Origin: Felis catus
Lineage: Eukaryota
Assembly (NCBI RefSeq): GCF_018350175.1
Contig: NC_058368.1
Span: forward strand, 15,626,001-15,690,000
Direction: 5' to 3'
Length of the DNA: 64,000 nt
The translations under genes were made by a program, and so were the position numbers. This document shows, one piece after another, positions 55,011-64,000 of this stretch. Within the stretch, counting starts at the first letter, position 1. Each line of letters begins with the position of its first letter. The notes under the pieces were generated by a model. That model did not search any database and was not told where the DNA came from. It saw nothing but the letters and a program-made list of their open reading frames with translations.

Positions 55011-56229
55011 ACTCACTATGGCAAGAACATATAACAAGTATAATCATTTATACCTATAAAGGCAGACCAGCAAAATGTATGAAGCAAAACCTGATAGAAT
55101 TGAAGGGAGAATGAGAGAGTGCCACAGTAACACTTGGAGACATTAATACCCGCCCCCCACACAGTTTCAATAATGGACAGAACGACCACAGACTCAATGC
55201 AATTCTGACCGAAATCCCAAAGAAGTTGTTTGTAGAAATAGAAAACTCATCCTAGAATTCATACTGAATCTCAAGGATAAGAATCTCAAGGCTATCTCTT
55301 GGATAGCCAGAATAATCTTGAAAAAGAAGAACAAAGCGGGAGGCCTCACCCTTCCTGATTTCAAGATTTACTACAGAGCTACTGAAGCCAAGACATTGTG
55401 GTACAGGCACAAAGACAGACATACTGGCCAATGGAATAGAATGGAGAGTCCAGGAATAAATCCTTGCATATATGGTCAAATAATTTTTGACAAAGATGCC
55501 AAGACCATTGAATGGGAAAGGACAACCTTACAAACAAATGGTGCTGGGAAAATTGAATATCCACACGCAAAAGAAGGAAGTTGGACCTTTATCTAAGACT
55601 ACATTCAGAAATCAACATGAAATGGATCAAGACTTAAATGTAAGACCTAAAACCATTAGCAACTTTAGAAGAAAACATAGGGCAAAAAACTGCAGGACAC
55701 TGGATTTGGCAATGATTTCTTGGACATGACACCAAGGCACAGGCAAACAAAAAAAAATACACAAACTACACTTCACGAAAATTTAAAAATGTTGTACATC
55801 AAAAGACACTATCAACAGAATAAAAAGTCAACCCACAGAATCAGAGAAAATATTTGGAAATCATATGCCTGATAAGGGATTAATATCCAGAATATATAAA
55901 ACTCAACAGAAATCCAAACAACCTGATTAAAAAATGGACAAAAGACTTGAACATACATTTCTCTAAAGAAGAGATACATGCCCAATAAGCACATTAAAAG
56001 ATGTTGAACATCACTAATCATTAGGGAAATGCAAGCCATAACTACAATAAGATACCACCTCACGTCCATTAGGACAGCTACTATTAAAAAGAAGAAAGAA
56101 AGAAAGGAAAGAAGAGATAGTGTTGAGAATGCAGATAATTCAGAGAACTCAGAACACTTGTGCACTGCTGGTGAGAATGTAAAATGGTACAGCCACTGTG
56201 GAAAACAGTATAGCAATTTCTCAAAAATT

Positions 56230-57098
56230 TTATTTATTTTTTTAAATGTTTTTTAATGTTTATTTATTTTTGCGAGAGAGAGAGAATGAGCGGGGTAGGG
56301 GCAGAGAGAGAGGGAGACAGGATCCGAAGCAGGCTCCATTTTGACAGCAAGAGAGCTCAATGTGGGCTTGAACTCATGAACCGTTGAGATCATGACCTGA
56401 GCCAAAGTCAGATGATTAACTGACGGAGCCACCCAGGTACCCTTCAAAAACTTTTAAGTAGAATTATCATATGATCCAGCAAGTCCATTTCTGGATATAT
56501 TCTTCAAAAAAATGGAAATCATGGGGCACCTGGGTGGCTCCGTCGGTTAAGCGTCCGACTTCGGCTCAGGTCACGATCTTGCGGTCCGTGAGTTCGAGCC
56601 TCGCGTTGGGCTCTGTGCTGATAGCTCAGAGCCTGGAGCCTGTTTCAGATTCTGTGTCTCCCTCTCTCTGACCCTCCCCCATTCATGCTCTGTCTCTCTC
56701 TGTCTCAAAAATAAATAAATGTTAAAAAAAAATTTTTTAATGGAAATCAGATATTTGAACAGATAATTGTAAACCAATGTTCACAGCAGCATTATTCACA
56801 AAAACCAAAAGATGGAAACAACCCAAATGTCCATTAACCGAAAAATGGATACATAAATACTATTCCATTGCGCATAATGAAATATTACCCAACCTTTAAA
56901 AGGAAAGAAATTGGGGAACCTGAGTAGCTCAGTTGGTTAAGCACCCAACTCTTGATTTTCGATCAGGTCATGATCTCACAGTCATGAGATTGAGCCCTGC
57001 ATTGGGCTCCCCACTGGGCATGGAGCCTGTTTACGATTCTCTCTCTCCCCCCCTCTCCCTCTGCCCTTCCCCTGCTCATTTCCTCTAAATAAATAAAT
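56230..57098. mobile_element. Three SINECs inside old L1 (56230-56443 -, 56523-56732 +, 56913-57098 +)
   Basis: Heads and CT/A tails visible; middle copy has TSD aatggaaatca. Confidence 0.88.
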
Positions 57099-59904
57099 AC
57101 ATAGAAATAATTCTAAGACATGCTATAAGATAAATGAATCTCAAAGACAATATGCAGAATGAAGTAAGTCACACACAAAAGGGCAAATATTATATGAATC
57201 CATTTATTTGAATAGTGGTTGCCAGAGGCTGGGGGTTGGGGGGACAGTGGGGAGAGGTGGCAAGTTATTTTAATGTGTATAGAAATTTTAATTTTACAAA
57301 ATGAAAAGAGTTACAGAGGTGAATAATGGTGATGGTTGCACAGCAATATGAACATTACAACGATGTACATTATGAATGTATTTGATACCTCCAAATTGTT
57401 CACTTAAAAATGGTTAATAGGGTAAATTTTATGATACTGCATAAATTTTATGATTACTGCAATAATTTTTTAAAAGACTAGCGTTCATGGAAATAATAAA
57501 AACAAAGCGGAAGTAAGAAAGACTTATGGCTAACATGTACTGAGTTAGTTTTCACATGCATTTCTTCCCTGAATCACTGCACAGGCGTGCGTGGTTCTTA
57601 TAACTGCACTTTATATTTGAGAAAACTGAAGCACATCAAAATTAAGTAACTTCTCCAAGATCACACAAGTAGGAAGCAGTGGTACCCAAAGGAGATAGGA
57701 GGAAAGCAACAATAGGTGTCTCCCTGGCCATGCCGAGACTGGGAACAAGAGAGGACACGAACCCAAAGCTGAGTCTGAACTCTGTACTGAAATGGAGGAT
57801 GAGGACAGAAAGGACATGCATGATAGGAAGGCAGGATTAAAGTCATCCGAGGTCTCTTCAATCTCCAAAATATTGTGATTCTAAAGGGACACCCAGTTCA
57901 AGTGAAGGACTGGCTTTCTGTTGTAAAGGAACGATTTCTGTACCTGAAGGATAAATCAGAACCAAGCTTCATTTGTTACTCAGCAGTCAATCATCTGTGT
58001 ATTTCAACAAAAATACCTACCATCAGTGCTTACTTTGTGCCAGGCACTGCCTAGTGGCGAACAAAGCACACATGGTCCTTGCCTTCACAGAGCTTAGAAT
58101 CTTCTCTGAATATTAAAGCAAATGTTAACAAACCATAAAGTACTATGCAGGAAATGCATAGTGTTTCCTAGTGTTGAAACTAGGAAACACTAGTTTCTAG
58201 TGTTGAGACAGAGAAAAGCAGGGGCAAGAGATCTCCTTGGACCTACTGGGGAAGACTTCACTGAGGATGTAACAATTAAACTGAGAGGAAGAGGAAGTGC
58301 CAGCCTGTCCACAAGCTGTGGGATGAGAACTCCAGGCAAAAGCTCTAAGAGGGTGGCATAGCCACGGGGAGAACTTGGTGCCCTTGGGAAACTGAAGGGA
58401 AGTCTGTGTGGCCAAGGAGGAGTGGGCAAGGAGGTACACAGCTAGAGGTGAGGCTGGAGGTGAGGACTGGAGACAGCTGTGCTGGACCTTGAAAGCAACA
58501 TATGGAAAACTGGTTTTATTTTAAGTGCAAAGGGAAGCCTTTGAATGGATTTAAAAAACAATTAAGTTTAGTGACATCATGTATTTTTCAATGATCACAA
58601 CAGCTCGTATGGAGAATAAATCAGAGAGGAGAGAAAGCAGGGAAACCAACTAGAAGATGCTGTAAAGTTCATGTGAGAGACTGTGGGAGCCCTCACGGAC
58701 TGTGGGAGCCCTCACAGGAGTGGTAGCTGTGGAGGAAGGTGGATCAGTGGACTACTGTTTTGTTGCTTTGTTTTGTTTTAACAAGGGGCTTCTAAAGAGC
58801 ATATTACAGATTAAGAAGAATTAATCAGTACAAAGAGAACATTCATGTTGCAAAAGATAGGAAGTGGAACAGCCTACGAACGGAAAGAGGAGAGAAAGAG
58901 GGTAGTGCAGGCCTGCCCATCTGGTCACAGCAAGAATGAGAGTATTCCCTCCAAAAGATCTGATGTCTTGATGAAGTCTGAGTACGACTGGAGGGGCAGG
59001 GGTGAGAGATTTGAGAAGCAAGGAAAAGATAGGAAGTAAGGAGAGGGTGGGAAGGCAGGAGCGTGTTCTGAATTATGGGATAAAAAGCAAAAGGCAAACT
59101 CCCATAGAGCATGATTGACAACAAAACCCTTGGAGGGCCCCACTCTGAGGAACTTCAGGAAAAACTAGATATACTCTTGGAAAATGAACATTGCTCCCTT
59201 CTAAGTCCAAAAGCCTGGCTCCTCCACCACTGGGCTCTTTCCCCTTAATGACAAGAGGAAATGATCAGAGCTGGAAAAAGAAGCAGGACAGCCAAGCCGG
59301 TGCTTGGGCACTTATCCCTAAGAGGCACAAAAACATCACTACAATAAACTCTCAAAATATAAGTTGGGCACGCTCCTATTAAAGTAGGCAGTGCCCTTAG
59401 GAGGAGAAAAAAAATAACACCTCTAAATGTTTTTTTGTGACGCACATGCACTCAGCCCTCAGAAGTTAGGAAAGACGGAAGAAATTCTGATGGTGATACA
59501 CAGTATTTGTGTTCCATACAAAAAAATGTGATTAACTTGATTGTCTTTTAAACACTTTAATATGATAGCTTAGAGGAAGGGGCCAGAGATAAATACTTTC
59601 ATTACTCTGAAAGGCTGCACATGAAACTGACAACATTCATTGTTTTCGGGAAAGAACTAATGGTGCCTGGAGAGAACAGGGAAAGACATGTTACTTCTGT
59701 ACTTTTTTTGTATGAACTGAAAATTACCTCCAGAGTCAGAAAGACCCCAACAGAAAACTGGGAAGTGAACTCTAGAAAAGTGGGAAGGATTTTGCCCACT
59801 TATTGCAAGCACTGATTTTTCATGCTTGAATGTTAATTAAGAGTATTTTCCCCACCCTTCCTCAACTCATTTTTTTGTTTTTGTTTTTGTTTTTTTAAAT
59901 GCTA

Positions 59905-59905
59905 T

Positions 59906-59936
<31 letters not shown>

Positions 59937-60104
59937 GAGAGTGCAGGGTAGGGACAGAGAGAGAGGGAGAGACAGAATCCCAAATAGGCTCCGTGCTGTC
60001 AGCGCAGTACCCAATGCGGGGCTCAAACTCACAAACTGTGAGATCATGGCCTGAGCCCAAATCAAAAGTTGGACACTTAACTGACTGAGCCACTCAGGGC
60101 CCCC
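59905..60104 (-). mobile_element. SINEC with (TTTA)n tail
   Basis: Reverse head gagccactcagggcccc; (ttta)n at ~59903-59935. Confidence 0.88.
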
Positions 60105-60635
60105 TCTCAACACATTTTGAAGAAGTACATATAATTAGTCTCTCTGAGTACTAATAGTACTCACATATCTTGCTTCATCTCTTGTTAAAACTATGGGAAG
60201 ACTGGATTTCCCACATCTGTTCTGAAAGTGGTCTGCCATCACTCTAAAATGTGGTTCCAAGTTCCCTTCGCTCCCAAGGTAAGTCTTGCATTCCTAGTTA
60301 GCCAGTAGGTAGCAACAATCTTACACACAGGAATGAGCTGTTTCATTCATCAAGAGCTCTTACTTGTCCGAAAACTTTAACTGCATACCCAGAATTCAGC
60401 AGAGAGCCAGGATTATAAAAACAAAGTAGGCCTTTACTCACAGTGGGACCCAAACAGGTTGCAAAAAGGTAGACTATGTGTTACTTAGAGCCTATTCTCA
60501 ATTTATACCTAATTCTAGCATGGTTTATTATTTGCATTAGAGTGCTTTGATTGAAATTTCACTAGGCACAAATGTATACTGTCATATTACTGACAGCACA
60601 ATTCTTTCTTCTCTCTATACTTGTAACTTAAAAAA

Positions 60636-60844
60636 ATTTTTTTTAATGTTTAATTATTTTTGAGAGACAGAGAGAGAGGGAATGAGCAGGGGAGGGGGAC
60701 AGAGAGAGGGAGACAGCATCTGAAGCAGGCTTCAGGCTCTGAGCTATCAGCACAGAGCCGGATGTGGGGCTCGAACCCATGAGCCATGAGATCATAAGCT
60801 GAGCCAAAGTCGGAAGCTTAACTGACGGAGCCACCCAGGCGCCC
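60636..60844 (-). mobile_element. SINEC
   Basis: Reverse head ccacccaggcgccc; flanking ttgtaact. Confidence 0.88.
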
Positions 60845-61446
60845 GGATATATTTGTAACTCTTAATGTGTTTATAAAACACTCCGCATTCTCAAAGAGAA
60901 TAAGGATCACAGCCAACTATTTCAGCATGCATGACTTATCAATTACAAATTGAAGATCCTTAAATCTATTTTTACTGAATTGTTTATAAACTGGCAAATA
61001 ACTGCTGCCCTTTAAAAAAAAATTAAACTTTTCTGTACCTTAGCAACCTCAGAAAGAATAAACCAGATCTTAAGCAACACAAGGCATCTTAAAGGTGTCC
61101 TTACTCCAAGCAATCCTGACCCATGAAAATCTGGGATTACCACAAATATAAATTTGAGAGAGACTATTCGTCCTACAAAATGAGTTATGATAAATGTAAA
61201 AGTATTATTCAATTTACAAAAGTCTGATCGTATGCAGCTTTTTCAGGAATAAATATCCTTCCATTTCATAAGTATTTACCAAGTTATTTATGTTGCAGTT
61301 CCCAGTTAACTGCTAAACTTCACAAAGTTTACTCCTAAAGGTATCTGATTCTTTGGTCAGAAACAATCTAGACTCTTTAGTTTAATTAAGAGAATTCATT
61401 TTACCTTCCTACTTCTAAAATTCAATTCTAATTTAAAACAATGTAA

Positions 61447-61640
61447 GGGGCGCCTGAGTGGCTCAGTCAGTTAAGCATCCAGCTCTTGAGTTTGGCTCAG
61501 GTCATGATCTCATGGTTTGTGAGATCGAGCACCACGTTGGGCTCTCCACTAACAGTGCGGAGCCTGCTTGGATTCTCTCTCTCCCTCTCTCTGCCCCTCT
61601 CCCCATGCTCTCTCTCAAAATAAATAAACATTTAAAAAAA
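61447..61640 (+). mobile_element. SINEC
   Basis: ggggcgcctgagtggctcagtcagttaagc head. Confidence 0.88.
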
Positions 61641-62403
61641 TATATTCTGCCCATCTTATCTAAATGTTTTTGTTGGGCAATAATGAACACCCTTGTTAAC
61701 AAACTGCAGAACAAATCAGTTTGCCCTTCAAAACACCAAACCTTAAAACTTTTAAGAATTTTGTAACTGTTCCAGCCTTTTTGTAAGCAATACATTATTT
61801 TACTGATGTAGTCAATAAGCCACTTTTTAAAAATGTTCCCAGCATGTCTTTCAGAAAACCAATGACAATTCTAAATATCAGATGATAACCATGTAGAACA
61901 GCTTAGCTGAATTTTGGGAAAGGGATATTTTCCCTTAAAAACAAAACAAAACAAAACAAAAAAAACTCACATGTTTTAAAATTGGTTTTGTAGGTAATGA
62001 GGTATATTCCCACCTTCCCATTGTTGTAAAGTCACCTCAGGACAGCTTGGATGTCATTTTTTTTTTAAACCCTGAATAGTGTTTGGGAACAACAGAAACA
62101 AGCTTCCCTTCAACAAATACAAACTTTCATTCTCATATTCTCTCTCCCCACCCTCCCTCTCTTTCTTCATACCCCCTCCTCCATCCACCACTGCCTCCCT
62201 CTTTCCCTCCCTCTTTCTCTCGATAAATGTAGTTCAGCCCAAATATGGGAAATGTGATCTGGTGGCACAGTAGGGACACTACATCACAACCATATTACAC
62301 AGAGGACAGAAACATGGCTTTTCACAACTTTCCCTATTTTTTCATTCAGAACGTCTCATATGTCAACGCACAAGTAATGTATAATGAGGCACATGAAAAA
62401 AAA

Positions 62404-62842
62404 TTTTTAATGTTTGAAAGAGACAGAGAGAGCATGAGTGGGTGGGGGGGGAAGAGAGAGAAAGAGAGAGAGAGAGGGAGAGAGAGAGGATCCTAAGCAG
62501 GTTCTGAGCTGTCAGCACAGAACCTGATGCCGGGCTCGAACTAATGAACCGTGAGATCATGACCTGAGACAAAGTCAGATGCTTAACGGACTGAGCCACC
62601 CAGGAGCCCCCTCAAAAAAAAAATTTTTTTTTCTTAATGTTTTTATTTATTTTTGAGACAGAGAGAGACAGAGCATGAGCAGGGAAGGGACAGAGAGAGA
62701 GAGGGAGACACAGAATCGGAAGCAGGCTCCAGGCTCTGAGCCATCAGCACAGAGCCTGATGCGGGGCTCAAACCCACAGACTGTGAGATCATGACCTGAG
62801 CTGAAGTTGGACGCTCAACCGACTGAGCCACCCAGGCACCCC
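62404..62842 (-). mobile_element. Two tandem SINECs (62404-62611, 62624-62842)
   Basis: Two reverse heads gagccacccagg.(g/a)cccc, each followed by tcaaaaaaaaaattttttttt. Confidence 0.9.
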
Positions 62843-64000
62843 TCAAAAAAAAAATTTTTTTTTTTAATTAACTTCCATAACTCCAGCTTATAATTATGGT
62901 TAAACACAATAAATGGCCTTTTACTTTTCTTCTTTCTCGCTTTGGTCCTCTGAGAAATACAAATCTACAGAAGAATGAACGGTCACATACCTGCTACTAC
63001 CAAAAACATTTTACTACCCTTCCTTGTGTTCAGGTGCACTACAAAAAGTAGGAATTATTTCTAAAAAGCCCTTAAAAATACCCTTTGGGAAGTCATCCTG
63101 AGGTAATTCTCAAAATTTTTAGATTCAGTCTCCACCATGCTACTGGGTGCTGTGCTGTGTGCTACAGTAGCTTCCCCGGTCAAACATCTTCATTACTCAA
63201 GGAATTAAAAGAATTTTAAGTCAGGACACAATGCCATTAAACTGCTTCAAAATATTTAGTCTTCAAAATGTAATAAAGGATACCTGCTGGGCTAGCTTTG
63301 ACTTTACTAAATGGTTTATGGGAGTGTTTTGTTTTGTTTTGTTTTGTTTTATCTTTATTTTAAACATAGGTGACAACAGTAATTTCATCACAGAGAGTCT
63401 AAAACCCTGGCCTGGCCCAGCCCAGAAGCAATGTGTTTTCTTCATTGTACAGGTCTGGGGAGACCCACAATCTGTCACTGACACCCAAAGGACTGTTCCC
63501 CTGTTCCCTAGACCTGAACTGGATGGACTTCTGTGCCTGAACTTGAGCTGCTCCAACTTGTTACATTTTCTCCAGTCTGCAAATGCAGACAGGTATAACT
63601 GAGGACATGATACCTACTAGAGTCCTAGTATTTCTGAGGGTAAATTCATCAACTCCTTCTACACTGCGTCACATCTGCTCACTGCTACTCTCCCATTGTG
63701 CAAGCAAGTGCTCTTTAGATGTACAGCGTGGATTCCTACTGCTGAGAAAGAATTCCAGAATCTAAAAACAAAACAAAAAACTGAACCTGTGCCGGAGTAA
63801 ACGTGAGCTTGTCCATTGTAATGAGCTCCGTATATGCTCAGGCCAGAAAAACACCCAAAAGAAAGACAAAGTGCAAGACCATGCTGGAAAAATTTTTGTC
63901 CGTGATGATGACAATTTTGTTGAAATATATACAGAATAGCATTATTGGGTGACCAGGCTTGATTGTACCACTGACTTGAAAGATGAAGCTGGAGGGAAGC

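Larger units (their letters stand above)
52490..57465 (+). mobile_element. Ancient, internally deleted L1 (L1M-type) riddled with SINEs
   Basis: 5' aagatggtggag; ORF1 remnant (QPRILY..LSFK) ~53340-53530; EN remnant ~54510-55190; ORF2 3' part (KKKNKAGGLTLPDFKIYY, TTIRYHLT); L1M-type 3'UTR to ~57460. Confidence 0.8.

Noticed and set aside
58679..58715. 19-bp tandem duplication gactgtgggagccctcac x2
   Set aside because: Ordinary slippage duplication in old repeat-derived intronic DNA.
59000..64000. SMAD9 promoter or first exon
   Set aside because: No CpG island or convincing first exon; it presumably lies beyond the window.

Overview
This is mammalian genomic DNA, almost certainly felid: it carries about 35 tRNA-derived carnivore SINEs, including young SINEC_Fc-type copies, and a carnivore-type L1. 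It contains the complete coding region of SMAD9 (SMAD8) on the minus strand as six coding exons: 45628-45217, 38360-38103, 34258-34148, 32645-32424, 25763-25507 and 13941-13798. These total 1404 nt (467 aa ending in SSVS), with GT-AG junctions and a continuous frame. Two of the exons are missing from the ORF track. The promoter and first non-coding exon are not seen and presumably lie beyond 64000. The most unusual structure is a 6.7-kb nested L1-in-L1 insertion only 26 nt from the acceptor of the last exon. It rebuilds the branch-point region, leaves a cryptic acceptor behind, and places an L1 5'UTR with a good antisense splice donor 176 nt from that exon. Also notable: an intact PPxY motif in the 111-nt linker exon, a 26-bp tandem triplication in the 5'UTR that carries two uORFs, a SINE 23 nt from a splice donor, and a template-switch scar. 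I see no evidence for a wholly new gene family or biological system. The novelty is locus-level and all functional consequences are inference. Repeat boundaries are read by eye and are approximate unless a TSD is quoted.
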